DNA of 64,000 nt from Janthinobacterium lividum (GCA_050954325.1 JBPBPG010000002.1:1005371-1069370); one strand, 5' to 3'; positions 8,489 to 17,738 are shown, counted from the first letter of the stretch. Notes: a model not told the origin generated them from the sequence alone. A program made the numbers and translations.

Positions 8489-9879
8489 TGACCAAACTCG
8501 CCCAGCACTGGCACAGGCAGCTCGACACCAGCGACAAGCCGGCCTACCTGATGCTGGCCGACCTGATCGCCGACGACATCCGCACCGGTCGACTGAGCGC
8601 GCGCGACAGGCTGCCGACGCTGCGCGACCTGGCGGCGGAGCTGCGGCTCAACTACACGACCATCGCGCGCGGCTATGCCGAGGCGCGCAAGCGCGGGCTG
8701 ATCGACTCGCGCGCCGGCACCGGCACCTTCATCCGCGGCAGCAGCCCGAGCCTGCCGCTGCGCGGCGGCGGCGGCGCTGAAATGACGATGAACCTGCCAC
8801 CCGAGCCGCAGGACGCGGCGCTGCTCGAACGCATGCGCGAGAGCGCAGCGCGAATCATGGCCGAGACCGATCCCTGGAACCTGCTGCGCTACCAGGACTT
8901 CGGCGGCACCGCGCGCGACAAGGAAGCCGGAATGCAGTGGCTGCGGCGTCGCGTTCCGGACTGCCGGCTCGACCAGATCCTGGTCTGTCCGGGCATTCAC
9001 AGCGTGCTGACGGCGCTGTTCTCGCTGCTGGCGCGGCCGGGCGAGCTGATCTGCGTCGAGGCGCTGACGTATCCCGGCGTGAAGGCCATCGCCACGCAGC
9101 TGGGCATCCAGCTGCAGGCGCTGCCGATCGACGAAGAAGGACCGATGGGCGAATCCTTCGAGCATGCCTGCAGGACGCTCAAGCCGAAAGCGCTGTACTG
9201 CAACCCGACGCTGAACAACCCGACCACCGCGACCATCTCGCGCGGCCGGCGCGAAGCGCTGGTCGACATCGCCCTGCGCTATGCGATTCCGATCATCGAG
9301 GACGACGCCTACGCGATGCTGCCGCGCCAGGTGCCGCCGCCGCTCGCGACGCTGGCGCCCGACCTCACCTACTACATCACCGGCTTCTCGAAGACGCTGG
9401 GCGCGGGTCTGCGCAACGCCTATGTGCGTTCGCCGAGCGCGCGGCAATCGCAACGCCTGGCCGGCGCGATGCGGGCGACGACGGTGATGGCATCGCCGAT
9501 CACCAACGCGCTGTCGACGCTGTGGGTAGAAGACGGCACCGCCGAGGCCATGCTGCAGGCGGTGCGCAACGAATCGAATGCGCGACAGGCGCTGGCGAGC
9601 AGGCACCTGGCGGTGCACGGCGTGCTGCCGGTGAGCGAAAGCTTCCATCTCTGGCTGCCGCTCTCGTCCGCCTGGAGCACGCTGGAATTCGCTTCCTTTC
9701 TACGCACGCAGAACGTCGGCGTGGTCGCCAGCGCCGCGTTCTCGACCGACGGCATGCCGCCCGAAGCGGTCCGGATCTGCCTTGGGGGGCCGATGACGCG
9801 TGACGAATGCGATCACGCACTGCGACTGATCGCGGACACGCTCGCGCATCCGCTGCATCCGCACGCCACGGTCATGTGA
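8488..9879 (+). CDS. MocR/GabR family PLP-dependent transcriptional regulator (GntR wHTH + aminotransferase domain)
   Basis: N-terminal wHTH (RLPTLRDLA..LRLNYTTIARGYAEA..RGLI) plus AAT domain with IIEDDAY and FSKTLGAGLR (PLP Lys); start ATG at 8488. Confidence 0.92.
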   Translation: MTKLAQHWHRQLDTSDKPAYLMLADLIADDIRTGRLSARDRLPTLRDLAAELRLNYTTIARGYAEARKRGLIDSRAGTGTFIRGSSPSLPLRGGGGAEMTMNLPPEPQDAALLERMRESAARIMAETDPWNLLRYQDFGGTARDKEAGMQWLRRRVPDCRLDQILVCPGIHSVLTALFSLLARPGELICVEALTYPGVKAIATQLGIQLQALPIDEEGPMGESFEHACRTLKPKALYCNPTLNNPTTATISRGRREALVDIALRYAIPIIEDDAYAMLPRQVPPPLATLAPDLTYYITGFSKTLGAGLRNAYVRSPSARQSQRLAGAMRATTVMASPITNALSTLWVEDGTAEAMLQAVRNESNARQALASRHLAVHGVLPVSESFHLWLPLSSAWSTLEFASFLRTQNVGVVASAAFSTDGMPPEAVRICLGGPMTRDECDHALRLIADTLAHPLHPHATVM

Positions 9880-9896
9880 CCGCCGCGCGCGGCGGT
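9879..9896. terminator. GC-rich palindrome between converging genes, possible terminator hairpin
   Basis: ACCGCCGCGCGCGGCGGT is a perfect 18-bp palindrome; the U-tract is weak. Confidence 0.3.
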
Positions 9897-9901
9897 ACCT
9901 T

Positions 9902-10114
9902 TCAGCGATAGGCGTAGTGGCCGCGCACCATGCGACCGTGTTCGCGATGTGCCGGCACCCAGACTTTCCGCTTCTTCATGGCGTGCGGGCGGCCATGCGG
10001 CTGCATCTGCTGACGATCCATGTGAGGTGCCACGGGACGCGGGGACGGTCCGGGCTGGGCAACGGCTGCGATGGAAACGACGAGTGTCGCGAGGGCGAGA
10101 GCGATCTTTTTCAT
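9902..10114 (-). CDS. small secreted His/Arg/Pro-rich protein (70 aa)
   Basis: Signal peptide MKKIALALATLVVSIAAVA, then Pro/Gln linker and WVPAHREHGRMVRGHY C-terminus. Confidence 0.7.
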   Translation of the reverse strand: MKKIALALATLVVSIAAVAQPGPSPRPVAPHMDRQQMQPHGRPHAMKKRKVWVPAHREHGRMVRGHYAYR

Positions 10115-10363
10115 GTTGGACTTTGTTGGCGTACCGAAATCGGCACACTTTGAAACTAACAGTTGCAACCACTTTGGACCAGCGGCGAATTGCCGCTTTG
10201 CCGATTCAATACACGTTCGTGAATTACCGCAATTCCGAACGGCTTTTGTGGTAACGGTTCGCGTGCCTCGAATTGCATGTCAAAATTGCCGCGTCGAACA
10301 GGGGAACCGCTTCTTTCATCGCTCGCACCCCTGGCGGGCATTCAGAGGACACCGAGGGACACC

Positions 10364-10408
10364 ATGAACATGCACACGCTGCACCGGGAAGGTGATGGCC
10401 TGGGCTAG
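10364..10408 (+). CDS. candidate 14-aa peptide MNMHTLHREGDGLG overlapping the DUF4760 start
   Basis: ATG at 10364 preceded by GAGGGA RBS; TAG at 10406-10408; too short for the ORF track. Confidence 0.45.
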   Translation: MNMHTLHREGDGLG

Positions 10409-11069
10409 CAACCCGCCGACAAACCCCAAAAAGCCCAGTCGAGTACTGGGCTTTTTGCTGGCGGCCGTATTGCTGACGACGATCGTCTTTTCGTTGTCGG
10501 AGCTGGCCGGCCATCAGCGATTCATTCTCGAGGAGCCACCCGCCGGCCTCGAGAAGTCGCAGTGGGTGGTGCTGCTGGGGGTGGTCGCCGCCGTGGCCGG
10601 ATGGATCATTTCGGCCATCGTGACGATGCGCAATTCGATCCGGCAGCACACGGTGACGACGCTGCTGTCGTCGCGGCTTTCGGAAACCTACATGAGCCAG
10701 ACACGGCTCGTGAACGCGCGGTATTTCAGCCCGAGCGGCGGGCTCTACCGGCTGACCCCGGCCGAAGTCGCGGTGCCGTCTGCCGAGGCGCAGATCGCTG
10801 CGCTGCGCTATCTGCTCAATTATTTCGAATTCATCGCCGTCGGCATCCGCTACGGCGACCTCGACGAGAAACTGCTGAAGAACACGCTGCGCGGAATCCT
10901 TTGCGGTGTGTACGAAGCGGCGGGGCCCCTGGTTTCCCAGCGGCGACAGGCGCCTGACGGCTCCACGGCCGCAAAATCGAAAACCTTCGAGCACCTGGAA
11001 TGGCTCTACGGCCGATGGTTCATTGCAGCGCTGCAGCGGCGGGAAGAGAACCGCACCGGTTCGGCTTGA
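10395..11069 (+). CDS. DUF4760-like two-TM membrane protein
   Basis: Two N-terminal TM helices, then RNSIRQHT and YLLNYFEFIAVGIRYGDLDEKLLK, a pattern recalled for DUF4760. Confidence 0.75.
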   Translation: MAWASNPPTNPKKPSRVLGFLLAAVLLTTIVFSLSELAGHQRFILEEPPAGLEKSQWVVLLGVVAAVAGWIISAIVTMRNSIRQHTVTTLLSSRLSETYMSQTRLVNARYFSPSGGLYRLTPAEVAVPSAEAQIAALRYLLNYFEFIAVGIRYGDLDEKLLKNTLRGILCGVYEAAGPLVSQRRQAPDGSTAAKSKTFEHLEWLYGRWFIAALQRREENRTGSA

Positions 11070-11435
11070 CGCGGCCTGAAAACGACCCGGCACTGCAGGC
11101 GACGACATGCATCGAGGGCGAACGATCCCGATGCCCTGAGCCGCGGCGGACGACTGCCTGCAACGCCGGCCCGGTTGTTGCCGCGCAACGCCGAATGCGT
11201 TTCGAACATGAGTTTTAGTGGATAAGTACACAAAGACTGTGTGATAAAAAGTTTTATTAGGTACAAAGTGCAACAATAATTCTTCATGCATCGCACACAA
11301 GCTCTCACCGAAACGCAGTCCGTCGCGGCTGCCCGATGGTTCAGGATTCCGGCGATGAACGGCAACAGCGAAGCACGAGGCGCCATGGCGGCGATGCAAA
11401 CCCGTCTTCGCGATCGATTCAAGGAGATCGGATTC

Positions 11436-11984
11436 ATGGACGCAACGTCTTCGGTTTCGATATCGGCTTCCGGATCGGTCTCGACAGCCACCTTGCAGCA
11501 GTCGCAAGGCCGCATCGAAGTCGCGACTGCCGACAGTTCGGATTCATCGAATCGCGTGATCCAGGATCTGCTGCGCACCATGCGCACGCTGCTCGACATG
11601 GACATCGCGTTCGTCTCGGAGTTCGTCGACGATCACCTCACGATGCGTCACCTGGACACCGAGCCGACGTCCGCCTCGCTGATTTCCGTCGGCGCCTCGA
11701 CCCCGCTGGCACAGACCTACTGCAAGCGGGTCAACGACGGTCACTTCCCCAACGTGATTCCCGATGTGCTGCAACTGCCCGAGGCCGTCGCTCTGCCGGG
11801 AACCGCCGCGTTGAATATCGCCGCGTACCTGAGCGTGCCGGTCACGCTGCGCAACGGCGAGATCTACGGCACGCTGTGCTGCATCAGCCATGCGCCGCGG
11901 ACGGCGCTCGGCAGCCGGCAGATCGACGCCCTGCGCAAAGTGGCGGAGATCGTCTCGCACGAGTTGGAAAAACTGCGCGGCTAG
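11436..11984 (+). CDS. stand-alone GAF domain protein
   Basis: LDMDIAFVSEF, TYCKRV, AYLSVPVTLRNGEIYGTLCCISH; AAGGAG RBS before ATG at 11436. Confidence 0.8.
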   Translation: MDATSSVSISASGSVSTATLQQSQGRIEVATADSSDSSNRVIQDLLRTMRTLLDMDIAFVSEFVDDHLTMRHLDTEPTSASLISVGASTPLAQTYCKRVNDGHFPNVIPDVLQLPEAVALPGTAALNIAAYLSVPVTLRNGEIYGTLCCISHAPRTALGSRQIDALRKVAEIVSHELEKLRG

Positions 11985-12005
11985 ACGTCTCGCGCCACCT
12001 CCGGT

Positions 12006-13889
12006 TCAGAGGAAGCCGATCGACAACCACGGGATCGCCGCCACCGCGATGGTGCCGATGAGCAGCGCGAACATGTACCCCGCGATCGGCCGGATGCCCT
12101 TGTCGGGATGCACGCGGCCGATGGCACAGGCCGCGTAGTAGCCCACGCCGAGCGGCGGCGCGAACAGGCCCAGCCCCATCGACAGCACCACCAGCATCGC
12201 GTAGTGCACCTCATGGATCCCGAGAGCACGTGCGATCGGGAACAGCAACGGCCCGAACAGCACGATGGCCGGAATGCCCTCCAGCACCGACCCGAGCACC
12301 ACGAAGATCACCAGCGACACCGCCAGGAACATCGGCGCACCGCCGGGCAGACCGGTCATGGCCTCGGCCAGCAGGCGCGAGAAACCCGATTGCGTGAGCC
12401 CCCAGGCCATCGCCGTCGCGGTGCCGATGATCAGCAGAATCGCGCCGGAGAGCGACGCGGTGGCCAGCAGCATCGGGCCGAGCCGCTTCCAGTCGAACTG
12501 GCGGTACACGGCCAGGCCGGCGACGACCGCGTAGACGATGCCCAGCGTCGAGACTTCGGTCGCCGTGGCGACGCCCTCGACCACCGCCGCACGAATCACG
12601 AACGGCAGCGCCAGCGCCGGCAACGCGATCACGCCCAGCCGACCCACCTGCCGCCAGGGTGCGCGCACGACGTGGCTGAGGTCTTCGCCACGGCTGCGGA
12701 AATAGACCACCACGCACAGCACCAGCCCCAGCACGACGGCGGGCAGCAAGCCGCCGGTGAACAGCGCCGCGATCGAGACCCCCGTCACCGAGCCGATGGT
12801 GATCAGCACCAGGCTCGGCGGGACGGTCTCGGTCTGCGCGCCGGTCGCGGCCAGCAGCGCGACGAGTTCGCCCTCCTTCGCGCCGCGCTTCTTCATCTCC
12901 GGGAACAGCGCCGGCGCCACCGCCGCCATGTCCGCTGCCTTGGCGCCCGAAATGCCCGAAACCAGGTACATCGCGCCGACCAGCACGTACGACAGCCCGC
13001 CCTTCACATGGCCCAGCAGGCTCGCGAGGAAGGCGACCATCGCCTTGGCCATGCCGGTCATCTCGATCAGCAGCCCGAGGAACACGAACAGCGGCACGGC
13101 CAGCAGGATCAGGTGCGACATGCCTTCGTCCATGCGCCCGACGATCACCGGCAACGCCGTGTCGGTGGCCAGCGCCATGTAGCCGAAGGTGCCGAGGCCG
13201 AACGAGAACGCGATCGGAATGCCCGACAGCACGCCCGCGAGTACCACGCCGACGAAGAACACCAGCAGATTCAGCCGCCCCAGGTCCTGGAACACCGAGC
13301 GGCCGAGCGTGAAACCGACGACCAGCACGACGACGATGACCACGGCCGTGACGGTCGTGCGCCATTCGGCGTCGCGCAGCAGCCGCAGCACGGCGAACAG
13401 CGCCATCAGGCCGATACCCACCGGCAACGCTGCGGCGCGCCAGATATTGGAGATGCCGAGCGCCGGCGTGGTGATGAATCGCTCCTCCGATGCGTACTCC
13501 CAGGAGGGCCAGGCCACCATCGCGAGGAATGCGAGCGAGGCGACGATCGCGAGCGCCTCGAAGAGCGGTTGCCGCGAGGCCGGCTGCATCGACACCAGTG
13601 CCGTCATGCGCATGTGTTCGCCGCGCCGCAGCGCGACGACCGCGCCCAGCATCGCCAGCCAGATGAACAGGATCGAGGCCAGTTCGTCCGACCAGATCAG
13701 CGGTGCACGGAACACGAAGCGCGCCATCACGCCCATGAACAGCACCACGATGTCGGCCGCCACAAGCGCCGAAGCCGCGAAATCGACCACGCCGCCGATC
13801 CGGCGCTCCGCCGTCGTCAGTGCCGTCCTGCGCGCGCTCATACCGGCGGCGCCGGCGCGGCCCGCCTCCCCATGAGCGCCGGGGATCAT
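12006..13889 (-). CDS. dctM: TRAP transporter fused small+large permease (DctQM)
   Basis: WSDELASILFIWLAMLGA DctQ part, SGISGAKAADMAA and PPSLVLI DctM part; ATGA overlap with the dctP stop. Confidence 0.9.
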   Translation of the reverse strand: MIPGAHGEAGRAGAAGMSARRTALTTAERRIGGVVDFAASALVAADIVVLFMGVMARFVFRAPLIWSDELASILFIWLAMLGAVVALRRGEHMRMTALVSMQPASRQPLFEALAIVASLAFLAMVAWPSWEYASEERFITTPALGISNIWRAAALPVGIGLMALFAVLRLLRDAEWRTTVTAVVIVVVLVVGFTLGRSVFQDLGRLNLLVFFVGVVLAGVLSGIPIAFSFGLGTFGYMALATDTALPVIVGRMDEGMSHLILLAVPLFVFLGLLIEMTGMAKAMVAFLASLLGHVKGGLSYVLVGAMYLVSGISGAKAADMAAVAPALFPEMKKRGAKEGELVALLAATGAQTETVPPSLVLITIGSVTGVSIAALFTGGLLPAVVLGLVLCVVVYFRSRGEDLSHVVRAPWRQVGRLGVIALPALALPFVIRAAVVEGVATATEVSTLGIVYAVVAGLAVYRQFDWKRLGPMLLATASLSGAILLIIGTATAMAWGLTQSGFSRLLAEAMTGLPGGAPMFLAVSLVIFVVLGSVLEGIPAIVLFGPLLFPIARALGIHEVHYAMLVVLSMGLGLFAPPLGVGYYAACAIGRVHPDKGIRPIAGYMFALLIGTIAVAAIPWLSIGFL

Positions 13890-14899
13890 GCGAGCTTGCC
13901 GGTCGTGCGTTCGAGCAGTGCCCAGGCCTCGTCGCCGTACTTGCCCTTCCACTCGCCGTAGAAGCCGGCCTTGCGCAGCTGGTCGCGGAACAGCGCCGGA
14001 TCGGGCTGGTTGAAGGTCATGCCCTTGCCTGCGAGTTCCTTTTGCAGGCCCGCGTTGAGGTCGGCGACGTCGCCGCGTTCCTTCATGCCCGCGGCGTTGA
14101 TGTTCTTCGCGACGACGGCCTGCAGATCGGGCGGCAATTTCTCCCAGGCGCGGCGGTTTCCGAGGAACCAGAAGCCGTCCCACATGTGGTTGCTCAGCGA
14201 GCAGAACTTCTGCACTTCGTAGAGCTTGGCGGTGGCGATGATCGCCAGCGGGTTCTCCTGGCCGTCGACGATCCTGGTCTGCAGCGCCGAGTACACCTCG
14301 GCGAAGTTGATCGACGTCGGCGCGGCGTCGAGCGCCTTGAACATCGAGGTCCACAGCGGCGACACCGGCACGCGGATCTTCAGGCCCTTGAGGTCTTGCG
14401 GCGTCGCGACCGCACGGCTCGACGTCGTGATCTGGCGGAAGCCGTTGTCCCAGATCTTGTCCATCGCGACCAGATTGGCCTTGGCGACCTGCTGGCGGAT
14501 GTAGGCGCCCAGGTCGCCGTCCATCGCCTTCCAGACGCTCGCATAGTCGTTGAACGCGAAGCCCACGCCGCTGATCGATGCGGCCGGCACCAGCGTCGAG
14601 AGGATCAGGCCCGACAGCGTGAAGAACTCGACGCCGCCCGAACGCAGCTGGCTCAGCACGTCGGTGTCGGAACCCAGCTGGTTGTTCGGGAAGATCTGGA
14701 TGTCGACGCGACCGTTGGTCTCGGTGCGGATCGCATCGGCCATCTCCTTGGCCCGCAGGTTCATCGGGTGGGAGACCGGCAGGTTGTTCGCGTACTTGTA
14801 GTTGAACTCGGCTTTCTGGGCGAAAACGCGGTGCATGGGCACGGCGAGCGAGGTGGCGAGTGCGGTCGAACGCAGCACGGTGCGGCGGGTCATTGTCAT
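13886..14899 (-). CDS. dctP: TRAP transporter substrate-binding protein DctP
   Basis: Tat-like RR leader, IFPNNQLGSD, NGFRQIT, DLKGLKIRVP, VDGQENPL. Confidence 0.93.
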   Translation of the reverse strand: MTMTRRTVLRSTALATSLAVPMHRVFAQKAEFNYKYANNLPVSHPMNLRAKEMADAIRTETNGRVDIQIFPNNQLGSDTDVLSQLRSGGVEFFTLSGLILSTLVPAASISGVGFAFNDYASVWKAMDGDLGAYIRQQVAKANLVAMDKIWDNGFRQITTSSRAVATPQDLKGLKIRVPVSPLWTSMFKALDAAPTSINFAEVYSALQTRIVDGQENPLAIIATAKLYEVQKFCSLSNHMWDGFWFLGNRRAWEKLPPDLQAVVAKNINAAGMKERGDVADLNAGLQKELAGKGMTFNQPDPALFRDQLRKAGFYGEWKGKYGDEAWALLERTTGKLA

Positions 14900-14952
14900 T
14901 TCGTGTCTCCTGTCTTCTTGTGAAATCTGTCTTCGCTATCGGTTGGATCGGC

Positions 14953-16569
14953 TCAATTCGTCGCGACTTCCTTCACGTCGCCGCGCTCGTGGAGCTGCTT
15001 GCGTATTTCGGCCTTGGTGATTTTTCCATAACCCGACTTCGGCAACGATTCCCAGAAGAAGATGTGCCGCGGCCAGCGGTACTTGGCGCAGCGGCCTTCG
15101 AGATGCTGCAGCAGCGCCTCGGCCGTCAGATCGGGTCGCGACGCGACGACCACCGCCACGCCGATCTCGCCCCACTTCTCGTCCGCGATGCCCAGCACCG
15201 CCACCTCGCCGACGCCGGGATGCGTCAGCAGGATCTCCTCGACTTCGCGCGGGTACACGTTGGAGCCGCCCGAGATGTACATGTCGGACTCGCGGCCGGT
15301 GATGTAGAGCAGGCCGCGGTCGTCCATCCGCCCGAGATCGCCGGTATGGAACCAGCCGCCGCGCAATGCCTTGGCCGTGGCTTCCGGATTGTTGAAGTAG
15401 CCCGAGAACACGGCGGCGCCGCGGCAGCAGATCTCGCCCACCGTGCCAGGAGGCAGCGGTTGCATGTCGGCGTCGAGGATCGCCACTTCCATGCCGGTGC
15501 GCGCGCGGCCGCAGCAGCCGATGTGGGCGTTCGGGTCGGCGTCGTCGGCCGAATGCATGTCGGGCGCGAGCACGGTGATGCAGCCGGTGACCTCGCCCAG
15601 CCCGAAGTACTGCACCAGCACCTTGCCGAGCTTGTCGAGCGCGCGCTTCTGGTCGGCCCGGTACATCGGGGCGCCGGCATAGATCATGTAACGCAGCGAG
15701 CCGTGGTCGAAGCGGTCGACCGACGGGTCCTCGACCAGCATCTTGACGATCGTCGGCACCGTGAACACGTTGGTCACGCGGTGCTTCTCGACCAGCTCCC
15801 AAAATACCGCCGGATCGAGCCTGTCGGACGGCAGCAGCACCGTCGGTGCGCCGCGCGCGACGTTGAGCAGTGCGTGGATGCCCGCGCCGTGCGAGAGCGG
15901 CGCGACGGCGATCGAGCAGTCGCGCTCGGTGGTGCCGGGAATCAGGTCCGCGAGGTGGTTGACGACGACGAAGCCGAGTTGGCCATGGGTGAGCACGGCC
16001 GCCTTGGGGCGGCCGGTGGTGCCCGAGGTGTAGAAGTACCAGAGCGGCTGGTCGGCATCGACCTGCGCCGCGTCCTTGCGCGCGTCGGCGTTGTCCGCCA
16101 GCAGCGCTTCGTAGCCGTGCTCGCCGTCCCGCCGCCGCCCGATGGCCACGATCTCGCGCAGGTTCGGCGACGCGGCCTTCACGGCATCGACATGGTCCGC
16201 GAAGCAGTCCTCGGCCAGCATCACGCAAGCCTGGCTGGAACTGCCGAGGTAGGCGACCTCCGGCGGCGTGAGCCGGAAATTGACCGGCACCCAGACCGCG
16301 CCCAGCCGGAACGCGGCCCAGCAGCTCTCGAACAGCGCCGCGTTGTTGCGCGACATCACCAGCAGCTTCTCGCCGGCCTGCATGCCCAGCTTGCGCAGTG
16401 CCTGCACCAGCGCGTCGACGCGGTCGTCGATCTCGCGCCACGACCATTGCCGGTCGCCCTGGATCAGCCCCGGCCGGTCCGGAAAGAGCGCCGCCGTCTG
16501 CGCCAGCAGCGTCGACAGATTCATCGCGCACGCCTGAACGGGCCGGCCCGCCAGGGCCGCCGCGCTCAT
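14953..16569 (-). CDS. acyl-CoA synthetase (AMP-forming)
   Basis: YTSGTTGRPK P-loop, QYFGLGE, GWFHTGDLG, ITGRESDMYISGGSNVYPREVE. Confidence 0.92.
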   Translation of the reverse strand: MSAAALAGRPVQACAMNLSTLLAQTAALFPDRPGLIQGDRQWSWREIDDRVDALVQALRKLGMQAGEKLLVMSRNNAALFESCWAAFRLGAVWVPVNFRLTPPEVAYLGSSSQACVMLAEDCFADHVDAVKAASPNLREIVAIGRRRDGEHGYEALLADNADARKDAAQVDADQPLWYFYTSGTTGRPKAAVLTHGQLGFVVVNHLADLIPGTTERDCSIAVAPLSHGAGIHALLNVARGAPTVLLPSDRLDPAVFWELVEKHRVTNVFTVPTIVKMLVEDPSVDRFDHGSLRYMIYAGAPMYRADQKRALDKLGKVLVQYFGLGEVTGCITVLAPDMHSADDADPNAHIGCCGRARTGMEVAILDADMQPLPPGTVGEICCRGAAVFSGYFNNPEATAKALRGGWFHTGDLGRMDDRGLLYITGRESDMYISGGSNVYPREVEEILLTHPGVGEVAVLGIADEKWGEIGVAVVVASRPDLTAEALLQHLEGRCAKYRWPRHIFFWESLPKSGYGKITKAEIRKQLHERGDVKEVATN

Positions 16570-17738
16570 GCCGCCTCCAGCACGCTCAGGTAGTTGGCGA
16601 CCGCCGCCCCGCCCATGTTGAAGACCGCGCCGGGCCTGCCGGTGCCGACCTGCATGTCGCCGGCCATGCCGGTCAGCTGCATCGCCGCCATCACGTGCTG
16701 CGACACACCGGTCGCGCCGATCGGATGGCCGCGCGACTTCAGGCCGCCCGACGGGTTCACCGGCAGCCGGCCGTCCTTGCGCGTCACGCCGTCGAGGATC
16801 ACGCGCGCCCCCTGCCCGTGCGGCGCCAGGCCCATGGCTTCGTACTCCAGCAGTTCGGCGATGGTGAAGCAGTCGTGCGTCTCGACGAAGCCGAGGTCGT
16901 CGAGCGACAGGCCGGCTTCCGCCAGGCCTTTCTGCCAGGCCAGCGCCGCGCCTTCGAAGCGCGTCGGGTCGCGCCTGGACAGCGGCAGATACTCGTTGAC
17001 TTGCGTGCGCGAACGCCAGCGCACCGCCGGCACCGCGGCCGAAGCGACGGGCGCGGCGGAGATCACCAGTGCGGCCGCGCCGTCGGACACCAACGAGCAA
17101 TCCGAGCGCTTGAGCGGACCCGCGACGAACGGGTTCCTGTCCGAAGGGTTGCGGCAGAAATCGAAGCCCAGGTCGCGCCGCATGTGGGCGTACGGGTTGT
17201 GCACGCCGTTGGCATGGTTCTTCGACGAGATCGCGGCCAGCGCGTCGCTCTGGTCGCCGAAGCGCTCGAAGTAGCTGTCGGCGATGTTGCCGAACACACC
17301 CGCGAAACCCGCGGGCGTGCTCGCCTCTTCCTTCACGTACGAACAGCGCAGCAGCGTCTCGCCGATGCGCACGGCGGGCACGGCGTTCATGATCTCGAAG
17401 CCGACCACCAGCGCGTGCCTGACGCGGCCCGACTGCACCGCGTCGAGCGCGGCCCAGATCGCGGCCGATCCGGTGGCGCAGGCGTTCTCCAGCCGCACCG
17501 CCGGCACGTGGCGCAGGCCCGGCACCGCCAGGCTCACCAGCGAGGCGCTGAAGTCTTGCGGCAGGAAACCGCCGTTGAAATGGCCGACGAAGATGCCGTC
17601 GATGTCCTCGGCGGCGAGGCCCGAGGTCGCCAGCGCCGGCTCGACCGCGTCACGGATCAGCTGTTCGGCGTCGATCGCGTCGAGCTTGCCGAAGGGCGTG
17701 TGGCCCCAGCCGACGATGAAGGCGTTGTCGTCGCTCAT
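16566..17738 (-). CDS. SCP2-type (HDCF) thiolase-family protein
   Basis: ENACATG (Cys), ETHDCFTIAE, GGLKSRGHPIGATG; start ATG at 17738. Confidence 0.88.
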   Translation of the reverse strand: MSDDNAFIVGWGHTPFGKLDAIDAEQLIRDAVEPALATSGLAAEDIDGIFVGHFNGGFLPQDFSASLVSLAVPGLRHVPAVRLENACATGSAAIWAALDAVQSGRVRHALVVGFEIMNAVPAVRIGETLLRCSYVKEEASTPAGFAGVFGNIADSYFERFGDQSDALAAISSKNHANGVHNPYAHMRRDLGFDFCRNPSDRNPFVAGPLKRSDCSLVSDGAAALVISAAPVASAAVPAVRWRSRTQVNEYLPLSRRDPTRFEGAALAWQKGLAEAGLSLDDLGFVETHDCFTIAELLEYEAMGLAPHGQGARVILDGVTRKDGRLPVNPSGGLKSRGHPIGATGVSQHVMAAMQLTGMAGDMQVGTGRPGAVFNMGGAAVANYLSVLEAA

